This document shows, one piece after another, positions 1-10,953 of a DNA stretch of 64,000 nucleotides (position 1 is the stretch's first letter; each line of letters starts with the position of its first letter). A program made the translations under genes and the position numbers. The notes beneath the pieces were generated by a model. It was not told the DNA's origin and did not search any database. It worked only from the letters and a program-made list of their open reading frames with translations. Source of the stretch: an uncultured virus (IMG/VR IMGVR_UViG_3300019373_000270). Lineage: Duplodnaviria; Heunggongvirae; Uroviricota; Caudoviricetes. Location of the stretch: the IMG/VR virus record IMGVR_UViG_3300019373_000270; one strand, written 5' to 3'.

Positions 1-341
1 TTACAGATGATCTTAGAGTCGGTTCTGTGGTAAATATCTACACAAGTGATGCCAGCGGAACTAAACTGATTTTTGAAAACATGCGTATAATAGCCAGAAA
101 CGACGATAAAACAATATCTAAAGTGACTTTTGAAACATCTCCCGATGATACACTTGATCTGATAAATGCAACAAACAATAAAAGATTGTATTTCTCGCTG
201 GTGTCACCTGTCGTTGATGAAAATGCCCACACAGGGTATGTTGTTAGTAAAGACGATGATTCTTCGAGTAATACTTCTGACGACCCGGACTACACCGAAG
301 AAGTTGAACTGCCCGAAGATGATTTACCTCAAACAAACTGA
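1..341 (+). CDS. C-terminal part of probable Flp pilus assembly protein CpaB/RcpC (5' end outside window)
   Basis: Open frame from window start; RcpC-like C-terminus (VNIY...IFENMRIIA...VTFE...LYFSL); first position of a tad locus. Confidence 0.55.
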   Translation, partial: TDDLRVGSVVNIYTSDASGTKLIFENMRIIARNDDKTISKVTFETSPDDTLDLINATNNKRLYFSLVSPVVDENAHTGYVVSKDDDSSSNTSDDPDYTEEVELPEDDLPQTN

Positions 342-364
342 TACACAATTATGGAGGGATTAAT

Positions 365-1897
365 TTGAAAAAAGTACTGATAGTAGATAACAGACCTGCT
401 TATTACCAGAGCATTACAAGCCGAATAGAAATAAGCGATGAACTGGAAATAGATGCAGAAGTTTTTCTGTATACAAATAATTCGGAATTTCAGGAGTATA
501 TCACGAAAAATCATTATGATATTATTGCAATTGCAAGCGGTGTAGTCGCTGCTGATGATTTTCTAATGCCTAATGGACAGAATATTTACGGGTATCTCGA
601 AAGAAAAAACACGGATAACACTGTTTTTACCAACAACGGCATAACTGATCTCGGATACTACAATGATTCTTACGGATTACTCCAAAAACTTGAATCATTA
701 GAAAAAAATGTTAATGTTTCCGAGATAAAAGCGCCAGACATAAAAGGGGCTAAACAGGAACTGCCTGTCGAAATAAAGAATGATGTTCCGGCGGTAAAAA
801 AAGAAGAAATAAAAGAAACTGTAAACGATAGTGAACCATCTAAAGCGGTTTTTTGCTCAAATTGCGGAGCGAAACTTCTGCCCGAAACTAAATTTTGTCA
901 CTTATGCGGTACACCTGTATCAGCAGCGAATAGTGCAGAAACTATCAGGCTTGCCGCAGAGAAAAGAGAAAATAACACTGAAAATATAAATGAACTGGTC
1001 AATATGGATATTGCACCAAGCCGTCATAAGTGCAAGATAGTATCTACGTATGCAGCAAAAGGCGGAGTCGGTAAAACCACCATAGCTGCAAATCTTGCAG
1101 TACTTCTCGCTCTCACATCGACTGACAGGCGCAGAACAAAAGTTTGTATAGTCGATTTTAATATAGACTTCGGAGATGTACGCACTACCTTGAATTTTTC
1201 CCATAAAGGAAAAACAATGGTAGACTGGCTTGCTGACATAGATCTGAAAAGCAGCACCGGGATCGACTCCAAAGATATAAATTATACCAAAGAAGAGATC
1301 GAAAACTTTCTTCAGAAAAAAGTATTTAAAAAGTCTTTGAAAAATAATGAGGTCGAAATATACGGATTGATAGCACCTCTTATTCATAAAGACTCCATGG
1401 GAATATCGGAGAAAAGTTTTGAAATAATGCTGCGAAACCTCAAGGAAAACGGAGACTTCGATTACATTATCTGTGATACAGGTAATAATACAAGAGATTC
1501 CTCTTTTACAGCTCTTGACATGGCGGATACAATATTTCTTATTGCTACTCAGGACGTAACGACCGTTAACTGCAATGACAGCTTTCTAAAAACAATGGAT
1601 GAGATAGCCGACTTCGACAAGAGTAAAGTATATCTGGTTATCAATAATATAATTTCCGCAAAAGAAACCGGGGTATCTGTCAAAGATATCGAAGAGGCTG
1701 TACGAGATTTTATATGTATAGCGAGAATAAGAAGATATCCCGGTATCATTCTTGCAAACAACAAAGGTATTCCCGCTGTCTTTGACTCAGGCTCACAATT
1801 TACGAAGGAGCTGTCCGGTATAGTTTCGGTTATAACGGATGAAAATCTTGAAATAAAACCTAAGAAAAAGGGTATATTATCTATTTTTAAAAAGTAG
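365..1897 (+). CDS. cpaE: TadZ/CpaE-like MinD/ParA-family ATPase with N-terminal receiver-like domain and zinc ribbon
   Basis: KGGVGKTT deviant Walker A, IVDFNIDFGD, DYIICDTG; CSNC...CHLC ribbon; directly upstream of cpaF. Confidence 0.8.
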   Translation: MKKVLIVDNRPAYYQSITSRIEISDELEIDAEVFLYTNNSEFQEYITKNHYDIIAIASGVVAADDFLMPNGQNIYGYLERKNTDNTVFTNNGITDLGYYNDSYGLLQKLESLEKNVNVSEIKAPDIKGAKQELPVEIKNDVPAVKKEEIKETVNDSEPSKAVFCSNCGAKLLPETKFCHLCGTPVSAANSAETIRLAAEKRENNTENINELVNMDIAPSRHKCKIVSTYAAKGGVGKTTIAANLAVLLALTSTDRRRTKVCIVDFNIDFGDVRTTLNFSHKGKTMVDWLADIDLKSSTGIDSKDINYTKEEIENFLQKKVFKKSLKNNEVEIYGLIAPLIHKDSMGISEKSFEIMLRNLKENGDFDYIICDTGNNTRDSSFTALDMADTIFLIATQDVTTVNCNDSFLKTMDEIADFDKSKVYLVINNIISAKETGVSVKDIEEAVRDFICIARIRRYPGIILANNKGIPAVFDSGSQFTKELSGIVSVITDENLEIKPKKKGILSIFKK

Positions 1898-1905
1898 GTG
1901 ACAAA

Positions 1906-3231
1906 ATGGGACTGCTTGAAAAAAGAATAAGCAAAATCGAGCGAGAAAAACAAAACGTTGCCGATAAAGTACAATCCGAAGCGGTCACGCTTGATAAAGC
2001 TCAGCAGGACACAGCAAATGCAATAATAAAAGAAATCAGCTCCGAAAATTTCAATACTATCTCTCAAAATGGTATTGATGGTTCGGTCGAAGAGTTAAAA
2101 AATCAACTTCATAAAAAAATCGAAAAGCTCGATGTTTCGTATGAAGATAAGCTGAAAATAGAAAAAGAAATATCATCCAATATGTCGGGACTCGGACCGC
2201 TTGAAGAATTTATGCTTGATCCGGATATTACGGAAATAATGGTACTGCGATATGATCATATCGTCATTGAAAAAAACGGTGAAAAAATCAACACTGATGT
2301 AAAATTCAACTCAGAGGAACATCTTGTCAACGTTATCCAGCGTATAGTACAACCCATCGGAAGGCAAATAAATCTTTCTACTCCGATCGTTGATGCCCGT
2401 CTGTATGATGGTTCTCGTGTCAATGCAACGATCCGGCCGGTGTCTGTTGACGGAGCGACACTTACAATTCGGCGGTTTTCGAGTAAGGCACTTACAGGAG
2501 ATGATTATTTAAAGCTGGGAACACTTAGTATAGAGATGCTTGATTTTCTGAGAGAAGCAGTAAAAGGCAAAGCAAACATTATCGTATCCGGAGGTACAAA
2601 CACAGGTAAGACCACACTGCTTAACATGCTTTCCGGATTTATCCCAGAGGATGAAATGATCGTAACTATCGAGGATTCATGCGAGTTACAGCTTAAAACA
2701 CCTAACATACGCAGGCTGGAAGCGAAAGAATCAGAAACGAATGCCAGAGCGATGAAGATCGATGTAAAAGCACTGGTAAAAAATTCACTGCGAATGAACC
2801 CGGATAGGATAATCGTAGGTGAGATCAGAGACGGCACTATCGTTGATATGATATCTGCCATGTCCACAGGTCATGAAGGCTCAATGTCAACAACACATGC
2901 TAACAGTCCTGCTAACCTGGTTAATTCAAGAATACCGATATTTTACAGTATGTCAAATGCTAATTTTACAGCTGAAACGCAAGCTCTTCAAATTGCTGAG
3001 GCACTTGATCTTATCGTTCAAATCGGTTTTCGAAATAAGAAAAGAGTTATAACTCACATAACTGAGGTGTCGGGTGCTTCAGGACAGAAAGTCAATCTTC
3101 AAGATATTTTTGTGTATAATCATAACGGATTCACCGCAACAGGCTATGTACCAGGAACTTTGATCTCAAAGTTGTCGGTTAATGGTGCTAAAATAGACAA
3201 AAGTATCTTCAATAAAAAAGCTGATAAATAA
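1906..3231 (+). CDS. cpaF: Tad pilus assembly ATPase CpaF/TadA
   Basis: GLGPLE..DPDITEIMV, DARLYDGSRVNA, SGGTNTGKTT, TIEDSCEL, LRMNPDRIIVGEIR, TGHEGSMSTTHAN. Confidence 0.95.
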   Translation: MGLLEKRISKIEREKQNVADKVQSEAVTLDKAQQDTANAIIKEISSENFNTISQNGIDGSVEELKNQLHKKIEKLDVSYEDKLKIEKEISSNMSGLGPLEEFMLDPDITEIMVLRYDHIVIEKNGEKINTDVKFNSEEHLVNVIQRIVQPIGRQINLSTPIVDARLYDGSRVNATIRPVSVDGATLTIRRFSSKALTGDDYLKLGTLSIEMLDFLREAVKGKANIIVSGGTNTGKTTLLNMLSGFIPEDEMIVTIEDSCELQLKTPNIRRLEAKESETNARAMKIDVKALVKNSLRMNPDRIIVGEIRDGTIVDMISAMSTGHEGSMSTTHANSPANLVNSRIPIFYSMSNANFTAETQALQIAEALDLIVQIGFRNKKRVITHITEVSGASGQKVNLQDIFVYNHNGFTATGYVPGTLISKLSVNGAKIDKSIFNKKADK

Positions 3232-3248
3232 TACCTTATAAGGAGAAT

Positions 3249-4130
3249 ATGATGTATTACGCGATTTTTTTTGCAGGAGTTTCCGTCCTGTTGATCTTTC
3301 TCGCTGCTATCATTAACATAAGAGAAAAGAAAACGATAATCAAAAAGTCAGATAATGATTTTATCGATGATTTTATTGAACATAAAAAGAAACATCTAGC
3401 TTCTATACCAGGTGCCATGTCAGTAAAAACTTACCTGACTCTTATGATTTTATTTGCGGTTGTTGGAGCCGTAGCTGCATGGTTTATCAGTAAAACATTA
3501 TGGATCTCTATTCTTTTATTTCTTCTCGGACTTTTTGTTCCGAAATTTATTGTCAATTATTCTGAACAAAAACATAAGAAGATTTTTGAAGAAAGATATG
3601 CAAGAGCATTGAGACAGTTATCGAGTTCTCTGAGGGCAGGCATGACATTACAGCAAGCTGTCGAAGATCTGTGTAATTGTCCTTTCATACACCACGAGAT
3701 CAAGCGAGAATTCAAGCAGATAAATGCAGATATACAGTTGGGATTTTCGGTTGCAGAAGCCTTTGCTCATATGGCTGACAGAATACCAACAGAAGATGTA
3801 AAAGATGTTTCATCAGCCATTAAGATGCAAAGTCTTGTTGGTGGTTCTGAAGCTGAATCAATAGAACTTATCACTAACAATATCAATTCAAGGATAATGC
3901 TGAGAAAAGAGATCAAGACTTTGTTTGCGAGTTCAAAAATGACCATAATCGGTATGGACATCCTTCCTGTACTTATTATAGGGTTCCTCTATATTTCATC
4001 TCCGATGTACTTTAGACCGTTATTTTCCACTTTGATAGGCAAACTTATTTTTGTGCTTGCGATTACGTTAATGATCATCGGAAGCTATATCGACAGGAAA
4101 TTCCTAAACAGAGTAAAAGGAAGTGATTAA
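3249..4130 (+). CDS. tadB: TadB-like (T2SS-F family) membrane platform protein
   Basis: TM segments, ALRQLSSSLRAGMTL motif, position after cpaF. Confidence 0.85.
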   Translation: MMYYAIFFAGVSVLLIFLAAIINIREKKTIIKKSDNDFIDDFIEHKKKHLASIPGAMSVKTYLTLMILFAVVGAVAAWFISKTLWISILLFLLGLFVPKFIVNYSEQKHKKIFEERYARALRQLSSSLRAGMTLQQAVEDLCNCPFIHHEIKREFKQINADIQLGFSVAEAFAHMADRIPTEDVKDVSSAIKMQSLVGGSEAESIELITNNINSRIMLRKEIKTLFASSKMTIIGMDILPVLIIGFLYISSPMYFRPLFSTLIGKLIFVLAITLMIIGSYIDRKFLNRVKGSD

Positions 4131-4991
4131 ATGGAAATAGCTATTGCTGTTTTTACAGGTATGACTGTTTTTTCCCTTATACTTCTTATAATAACAATGC
4201 TCACATCAGAAAGTGTGAGTCTGAAGACTAAAGAAAAAATAACAGTCGGGCACATCTGTAACAGGATAATACGAACGGATCCGGAAATTCTAGCTGAAAG
4301 ATTAGGGATACAAACGGATAAGTACATGTTTAACTGTAATTTAATAGGGAAAAAACCAGATCTGGAAAAACTCATAATAACAAGAGTATTAGCCGTAATA
4401 ATAGCCATACTGGGAGTCTTAGTTGCTCTGCTGTTAAACTCTATTTTAGTGTCAGCATTTATTGGAGTTGCAACTGCAGCAATAACAGTTTTGGTGTTTG
4501 TATCATCTACCCAAACAGTCAATGACCGAGCAAAAAAGAAAAAAGTACAATTTGAATCAGAATTGCCGAGATTTCTTGATCTGTTTCAGACAGCACTTAA
4601 GATAGATCTTCCCGTAGCAACAGCTATAAAGATCACAGCTGAAAGCATTGACGGATTACTTTCCGAAGAGCTTTTAAAAGCTCTTGTGGAAACGGAATTA
4701 GGAACAAGCAATTGGCAAGATTCACTGTACGCTATCGCTCAGAAATACGAGGTAGATAGTTTTTCTGATTTCGTCCTTGATATCGTTACCGCTTTTCAGA
4801 AAGGTTCTGATATTATAGAATCGGTCGAAAGGCAAAGCAGAAGCATAAAACAGTCTATGCTGTTGAATGCCAAAGAACAGGCGGCCAGAGTTACCAGTCT
4901 GATACTGCTTCCTGTTGTAATTTTCAAGATGATACCATTAATGGTTATTTTGTTTTTACCGGTCGTTCTGCAGATACTTAATGGCATGTAA
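4131..4991 (+). CDS. tadC: TadC-like (T2SS-F family) membrane platform protein
   Basis: ELPRFLDL motif, C-terminal LLPVVIF TM segment, position after tadB. Confidence 0.85.
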   Translation: MEIAIAVFTGMTVFSLILLIITMLTSESVSLKTKEKITVGHICNRIIRTDPEILAERLGIQTDKYMFNCNLIGKKPDLEKLIITRVLAVIIAILGVLVALLLNSILVSAFIGVATAAITVLVFVSSTQTVNDRAKKKKVQFESELPRFLDLFQTALKIDLPVATAIKITAESIDGLLSEELLKALVETELGTSNWQDSLYAIAQKYEVDSFSDFVLDIVTAFQKGSDIIESVERQSRSIKQSMLLNAKEQAARVTSLILLPVVIFKMIPLMVILFLPVVLQILNGM

Positions 4992-5070
4992 TTTCTGTTC
5001 TTGATAATTTTCTGCTATAATTAAAAATAGGGAAACACCCAAATGAAAACTAAAAAAAGGAGCGAAAATA

Positions 5071-5331
5071 ATGAAAGATTATACAAGAAAATTCTTTATT
5101 GAAGATGAAGGCGAAGAAGGTGCTGATTTTCTGGAGTATGCCGTCATAGTAGGTTTGTCGGCAATTCTGATCGCCGTAATAATTGCGGTATTTATGATCG
5201 TAAGAAATAAGGTACTGCATTCCGCAAAAGAGATCGATGAAGCAGGTAATGATTCTACGTCAGTTGATTGGGATGCTGTTCTTCAAGATAAGGATAAAGA
5301 AGTTAACGAAGCTATAAATAATATAGATTGA
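5071..5331 (+). CDS. flp: Flp family type IVb pilin
   Basis: EEG|ADFLEYAVIV cleavage site with EY motif followed by a hydrophobic helix. Confidence 0.85.
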   Translation: MKDYTRKFFIEDEGEEGADFLEYAVIVGLSAILIAVIIAVFMIVRNKVLHSAKEIDEAGNDSTSVDWDAVLQDKDKEVNEAINNID

Positions 5332-5335
5332 TGCT

Positions 5336-5848
5336 ATGTTTATCGTGAGAACTGTAATAGCCGCTGTCATTTGTTTGGCGGCGGCTATATTCGATTACAA
5401 GAATTCAAAAATACCGAATAAATTTACTTTTCCAATAATTATACTGAGTTTTATCTACTCGATTATATTCTATCCGCTGAATACAACAATATTCTCAGTA
5501 TTAGTAGTTGTGCTGCTTTTCTTCTACGGTATGACTGGTTGGATAGGTTTGGGGGATCTCAAACTTATAATGGCTTTGACTTTTATAGGAACATGGAAAA
5601 TGGGACTATGTTCATTCATTTTTTCTTCTATTTATCTTATAGTTTTCGGCTTAGTAACAAACCCTTACGAAACAGGATTTTACATGAAGAAAATGCTGAA
5701 CAGATTCAAATTGAAAAAAGAACCATTATATAAAAAATCCACTAAGTATAAATTTGCGCCATTTATTTTATTTGGAACTTTGACTTATTCGATGTTTTTT
5801 GATTTGTCAAGTCCGTTATACTTTAATTTTTTCGAGGGACTATTATGA
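5336..5848 (+). CDS. Prepilin peptidase (A24, TadV/CpaA-like)
   Basis: AAIFDYKNSKIPN, GLGDLKL and FAPFI motifs. Confidence 0.9.
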   Translation: MFIVRTVIAAVICLAAAIFDYKNSKIPNKFTFPIIILSFIYSIIFYPLNTTIFSVLVVVLLFFYGMTGWIGLGDLKLIMALTFIGTWKMGLCSFIFSSIYLIVFGLVTNPYETGFYMKKMLNRFKLKKEPLYKKSTKYKFAPFILFGTLTYSMFFDLSSPLYFNFFEGLL

Positions 5849-6351
5849 ATATAAAGAAAATTAGAAAATTTTGTCGCTCAGGTAACGGAGAATTACTGGG
5901 ATTCGTTGTGTGTATGCCGATGTTTGTATGGCTGCTTATGTTTATGGTGTCAATTGCACAGTTAGCTATAACCAAAGAGCAGATAACTTATCTTACCTAC
6001 GCCGCCGGCAGAGCTGCTGTTGTGAGCGAAAATGCGACTGACGCGATCAATAATGCTCAGGCTGTTGTGGATGAATCCTCAGATCTTTCAGGATTCAGCA
6101 ATGTCACTGTTGATATTCTATTCAACGGTAATCCCATTACTGATACTAATGCCGATACTATATCGTGGCAGAAAGGTGAGTATATCGTTGTTCGCTTGAA
6201 TTATACAACAGATGCCCTTATCAGCGGTATGATACCTTTTTCGGACGATGAACTCGACATGAACGGTTCCAGAGAAATGTTCATGGTAATGATGGTCGAA
6301 AGACCGGTACCGAATGACCCGTATACAAATGAGTGGGCTAATTTGTCATGA
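5845..6351 (+). CDS. TadE-like pseudopilin
   Basis: Basic leader, GNG site, hydrophobic helix, YAAGRAAVV motif. Confidence 0.75.
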   Translation: MNIKKIRKFCRSGNGELLGFVVCMPMFVWLLMFMVSIAQLAITKEQITYLTYAAGRAAVVSENATDAINNAQAVVDESSDLSGFSNVTVDILFNGNPITDTNADTISWQKGEYIVVRLNYTTDALISGMIPFSDDELDMNGSREMFMVMMVERPVPNDPYTNEWANLS

Positions 6352-6366
6352 TGGGAGGTCTTAAAG

Positions 6367-7737
6367 CTGAATTATTCTTTCTTTAAAAAAGGTAATGGGG
6401 CATCTATGATAGGAATAGTTCTTATGCTGGGAACATTTATTTTCACTATTATTTTAATCGAACACTTCAACCGATTTAACGCTGTCATCGAAACGCAGAC
6501 AAAAACAGATGCTATTGCAGATGCTATGGCGGTAGCTGCTAATGATGGTACAGGGGTACCGAACGTATACAGAATATCTAAAGTCAGAAGACAGATAACG
6601 CAGAAGTATAAGGTTGCTGACTACATCACAGGAGAACATGGAGTGATGACTCCCGTTGTTATTCCCGGACTTACAGACCCCTTTACAAAAATTAATTATG
6701 TGAAATATAACGAAGAATGGGTGTTGGGAAAGGAAATAGATCCATCTGATGAAACAGATAAGTATCTTGAATCCCTCGGTGTAAAAAATAATGATAAGAT
6801 CTTATACATAACAGCTGAGGGACAAACTCCTTTTACGAATGCTGATTATCACAAAACTGATGAAAATGATACCTCGTGGGATTTTATCTATACTCATGCC
6901 ACGAACGTCACAAGGATGCTTACGTCAAATGAAGCGATAATGCAGCAAAAATTTCCGGCTGATGCTTATCTGAGGGCGAAACCTACGTTCGTAAACGGCG
7001 ATGATAATAAAGATACTTATGCGGAAAACCCTATTTTCCCAATTGAGACCGCTGATTATCTGAGATACGTTTCTCAGTTTGAAGTGAAACTTTCAAACAG
7101 ATACAAGCCCGCTCAGAACACATTAGGCGATCCACCGTACACAAGGGAAGCTATTTTTATGTGGGATGCTACATGCGCTCTGGGCTGTGAAATTCCATGT
7201 TATTACAATAGATTCACAGGAGAGCCGTGGCAGGCTGTATCGGAAGGAAATGAACAGAACTATGACGGAATGATCCTTCCAAATGGTGCCACTTCCGCCG
7301 AAATGAGCAAAGTATTTGAGCAGCCCGAAGGATATTATTCCTTTGTGAAAACTTATTTTTCACATATTCATAATGCGGTTTTCCCAACTGACAGTAATTA
7401 CATCGGGTGTGATAAGTACAATAACTGGAGACTTACTGCCAGGGACGGTTCCGACGCGGCTACATGCCAGCGTATACAAGAACAGGCAAACCTTGGTTAT
7501 CCTACCATAATGGTATTTACCAACGGTCAGAACTGGGTAGTACTTCCGGAGTATGGTACTATTGATGATGATAATACAGGCGTTTCTGTATCTGACGGAA
7601 CAAGAGGAGTTTATATTTCGGCAGCGTCAAATGTTACCGAAGAGGAAGGAACCGCCACTAATGTACTAAGAAAAAACGTAAACGCAGGATACAGGATCCC
7701 AAACGGAAACTATCTTGCAATAACATATAAACCATAG
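6367..7737 (+). CDS. TadG-like minor pilin with C-terminal papain/amidase-like domain (probable CTG start at 6367; first ATG at 6406)
   Basis: TM segment then TQTKTDAIADAMA (TadG-like); GGAGG at 6354 precedes an in-frame CTG that restores a KKGNG leader. Confidence 0.55.
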   Translation: MNYSFFKKGNGASMIGIVLMLGTFIFTIILIEHFNRFNAVIETQTKTDAIADAMAVAANDGTGVPNVYRISKVRRQITQKYKVADYITGEHGVMTPVVIPGLTDPFTKINYVKYNEEWVLGKEIDPSDETDKYLESLGVKNNDKILYITAEGQTPFTNADYHKTDENDTSWDFIYTHATNVTRMLTSNEAIMQQKFPADAYLRAKPTFVNGDDNKDTYAENPIFPIETADYLRYVSQFEVKLSNRYKPAQNTLGDPPYTREAIFMWDATCALGCEIPCYYNRFTGEPWQAVSEGNEQNYDGMILPNGATSAEMSKVFEQPEGYYSFVKTYFSHIHNAVFPTDSNYIGCDKYNNWRLTARDGSDAATCQRIQEQANLGYPTIMVFTNGQNWVVLPEYGTIDDDNTGVSVSDGTRGVYISAASNVTEEEGTATNVLRKNVNAGYRIPNGNYLAITYKP

Positions 7738-7754
7738 GAATAGGAGGACAAAAA

Positions 7755-9635
7755 ATGAGAAAGATAAAAAAAATCGCAGCGCTGCTTTTTTCACTGATAC
7801 TTATTGCTCAGTCTTCAGCTTCCATGATGTCCTCTGCTCAAAGTAAGACTTATCAGAAGGGAGCGAGTCTGACTTTTACCTGGGCGGGGTCATCCGGTCA
7901 AGGAGGACAGGATTACCATATGGATGCTGTTGACAGCAGCGGAAATCCGACCTACATAACTTCAAACAATGATGGTATAGTAAACTATTTCTGTGGCCGT
8001 CAGAAGTATATAGACTGGCAGGATGCAGGATATGGCATAGCGGACGATTATGCCTGTCATCCTCAGACCCCTGATTATTCCGACGAAGATTTTCTGAATG
8101 GATTAGGCAACTTCGGATATTTTCCTGAATTTTCTAATTTCAGGGTTCCGATCGGTGATATCAGGAGTACAATGGAAGAAATGTGGAATTCATTTGGTGA
8201 TTTTGGAACAGAAATATGTCCTATGATGCCTGAATTTGATGCGTATTATCTTAATGGACGGGCTATGAATATAAACAATCACGATTTTACGCTAAATCTA
8301 TCTATGGGTTATAATCATAGTAATCAGGAATGGACCGGCTCAAAAGACCGTTTTATGATAGGGGAAAAATCCTATGATTCACTTGCAGATATGTATCTCG
8401 ATGCCAACGAAGACCAGAAGATAAAAATTGAAGAGCTTATAGAAAAAGGACTTACCGAGTCTGATATAGACCCCGAAAAAATAAGAGCACTTCTTGAATG
8501 GCTAAGAGCTATCGGGGCAGGCGGGTTAAGAAATTTTACTCCCATCAATGCGACCTTATTTTTGAATGCTCCCGGTGGTATGTCAAATGATGAACTAAGG
8601 CAGAGATTTATCGATTGGTGTAATGCACATGCTTACGATTTTGAATCACTTGGTTGGGATCCTAACGACGCAAGTACATGGCCGATAAATATTGGAAATA
8701 ACGGTTTGATGACAATTAATCCGGAACTCTGGGAAAGTGTGCTTGATTCGGACGGTTCTCTCTGGCTTATCCCGTATGCTTACAATTCTGAAGCTTATGG
8801 AGATGGAGAAGGAAATTGGCAACCATTCGATAATTCAGTTATTGATTTAGCTCCGTTCGATCAAACAAGAGCCAAACATCGTAAATTCTTGATCGAAAAA
8901 TTGATGGATATATTCGAAACTGCCGGAGCTGAAACAGTGGATGTTACACGAGTACTCGATAGAAAAATAACTACCTTATGGATCGGAACATCTTCCTACG
9001 ACAAACTCTATAACATGTATACCTGGACCATAGAAAAGGCTGACGATGAAGGTGACGGAAAATATACATTTCAACCCTATGCCGGCATGATAGGCCCTAA
9101 CAGCGAGATCGTTGGAGCAAACGGTCAATCTTTTTCTTTCAGACCGACTTCTGCGGGGCATTACAGAATAACCTGTTACCGCAATTACAAACCGACTGTC
9201 TGCAACAAGGTATCTGTAAATTTCTGTGAATATACCATTTTATCCGACATAGGCGCTGTTGTATTATTCGATCATGACGGTTTTATGGCAGGTAACGTTC
9301 AAACGAACAATTATGACGGTGAGATAGATAGTGATAGGATAGTAAGTACGTCTACGAAGAGAAATCCAGGAGTGGAAACAGTGGATGGATTGAGAAGAAA
9401 TATTGATTATCAAGAAGACTATACAGAAGGAGAGTTGACTGCACATAGCGGAGTCAACCCGAATTGCGGACTTTATCCTTCAGATCCAAACGCCAATGAA
9501 CCGTATTATCTCAGCCAGTATGCTTGCACATGGAATTTCGATATATCAGAAGCCGAGGTGGGAAAAACTATCTTCGATTTTGAAGATCCTGAAAATGGAC
9601 AAAGAAAAGACTTTGATACTGAAAGACTTGGATAA
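7755..9635 (+). CDS. Secreted hypothetical protein (last gene of tad locus, possible adhesin)
   Basis: 626 aa, signal peptide MRKIKKIAALLFSLILIAQSSA, strong SD. Confidence 0.6.
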   Translation: MRKIKKIAALLFSLILIAQSSASMMSSAQSKTYQKGASLTFTWAGSSGQGGQDYHMDAVDSSGNPTYITSNNDGIVNYFCGRQKYIDWQDAGYGIADDYACHPQTPDYSDEDFLNGLGNFGYFPEFSNFRVPIGDIRSTMEEMWNSFGDFGTEICPMMPEFDAYYLNGRAMNINNHDFTLNLSMGYNHSNQEWTGSKDRFMIGEKSYDSLADMYLDANEDQKIKIEELIEKGLTESDIDPEKIRALLEWLRAIGAGGLRNFTPINATLFLNAPGGMSNDELRQRFIDWCNAHAYDFESLGWDPNDASTWPINIGNNGLMTINPELWESVLDSDGSLWLIPYAYNSEAYGDGEGNWQPFDNSVIDLAPFDQTRAKHRKFLIEKLMDIFETAGAETVDVTRVLDRKITTLWIGTSSYDKLYNMYTWTIEKADDEGDGKYTFQPYAGMIGPNSEIVGANGQSFSFRPTSAGHYRITCYRNYKPTVCNKVSVNFCEYTILSDIGAVVLFDHDGFMAGNVQTNNYDGEIDSDRIVSTSTKRNPGVETVDGLRRNIDYQEDYTEGELTAHSGVNPNCGLYPSDPNANEPYYLSQYACTWNFDISEAEVGKTIFDFEDPENGQRKDFDTERLG

Positions 9636-9636
9636 C

Positions 9637-9675
9637 AAAAAAAGGAATTACCTCACAACAAAGGTAATTCCTTTT
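9637..9675. terminator. Bidirectional intrinsic terminator
   Basis: AAAAGGAATTACCT...AGGTAATTCCTTTT between convergent genes. Confidence 0.85.
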
Positions 9676-9678
9676 CTA

Positions 9679-10641
9679 TTATGGGATGTATTCGATGTCG
9701 GAATATTCAAACGAGGCTGCGATTTCTTTCATGTAATCCATGTAGTGTTTTTCGAAATCTGAACCTTTTATTGCCATGGCAGTCATAGAAGTCCCGTTCG
9801 CCATAAACATTTCTGTCATGACAGTATCTACATTATCTACGGTTAAATAAAAATCGTAAGTAAATGCCACATAATCATCGTTTTTTTCAAACTTGGCGTT
9901 ACTCATATCCAATCCTTCTGATCTATTCTTGGTCGCATACACAAACTGGCAGTCTTCATAAACCTCCAATCCACCTGTATATTCTGTACTTTTTCTAAAC
10001 CATTCCTCATCAATATCCTCTATACTTTCAATTTTATCAAGCTTTTGTATTGCAAACGGCTCAAACTTTATTGCACCTTCCGAGATCACATTCTGGTCAG
10101 CAGCTTTATCCGGGGTGAATAATATAGGTACTTCATAAGCATCCATCGTTAATACAAGATCTTTGGGAACATCAAACTTTATGCTTACGCCTTCCCATGT
10201 AAACGGTCCCTGATAGTAATGATAGTGATTTTTGGAAAAAGGAGCAGGGTCTTTAGGAAAAACCTGATTTGTTTCCCATGAATGATATGAAGTTGTTACT
10301 CTAGTTGTAGTGGTTGTGGTTTCGGTAATGTTATCTGTTGAAAGGTTGGGGTTTATAGTATTATTAATTTTCTGTATATCATTATGATGAGGACTGGTAT
10401 ACTTATCCGGTATCTCTACAACCGGAGTTGTGGAAGTAACAGGTTCGGTATCTTCAGGTACAGCCGTTGTGGTAGTTGTCGTTTCCTCTTCCTCTTCCAG
10501 AATTTCTTCTTTACTATCATCAGATACAGTTATTTCTATATCTCTATAATCATTAGTATCTGTTTCATTTTTCTCGCTGCATGAAGCAAGAAGTGATACA
10601 CTCAACACAGCAGCTAAAGCAATACAATTTATTTTTTTCAT
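9679..10641 (-). CDS. Lipoprotein with Thr-rich linker
   Basis: MKKINC...LLASC lipobox; GAGGAGG SD. Confidence 0.75.
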   Translation of the reverse strand: MKKINCIALAAVLSVSLLASCSEKNETDTNDYRDIEITVSDDSKEEILEEEEETTTTTTAVPEDTEPVTSTTPVVEIPDKYTSPHHNDIQKINNTINPNLSTDNITETTTTTTRVTTSYHSWETNQVFPKDPAPFSKNHYHYYQGPFTWEGVSIKFDVPKDLVLTMDAYEVPILFTPDKAADQNVISEGAIKFEPFAIQKLDKIESIEDIDEEWFRKSTEYTGGLEVYEDCQFVYATKNRSEGLDMSNAKFEKNDDYVAFTYDFYLTVDNVDTVMTEMFMANGTSMTAMAIKGSDFEKHYMDYMKEIAASFEYSDIEYIP

Positions 10642-10953
10642 TTTAGTTTCCTCCTCTTGAAAAATCATTATATATTTTAACACATTCATTCGGATATGTC
10701 AATGTGTTTTTTCTCTTTATATATTATATCAGAAAATATTCTTACAAAAAAATTTATTATAATTCAAACGTCAAGAACATTTGTTCTCTGCGCTAACTAA
10801 AAGAACAAATGTTTACAATAAAATCCGTTCAAAAGTACACTTGATATGATATAATCATAATATAATTATTTTTTGGAATAATTGTTTTTATCTTCCTCAG
10901 TTTTCTTATATAATTCATTTAGAATTATTGGTCGATAACTGGAGGTGATAAAA

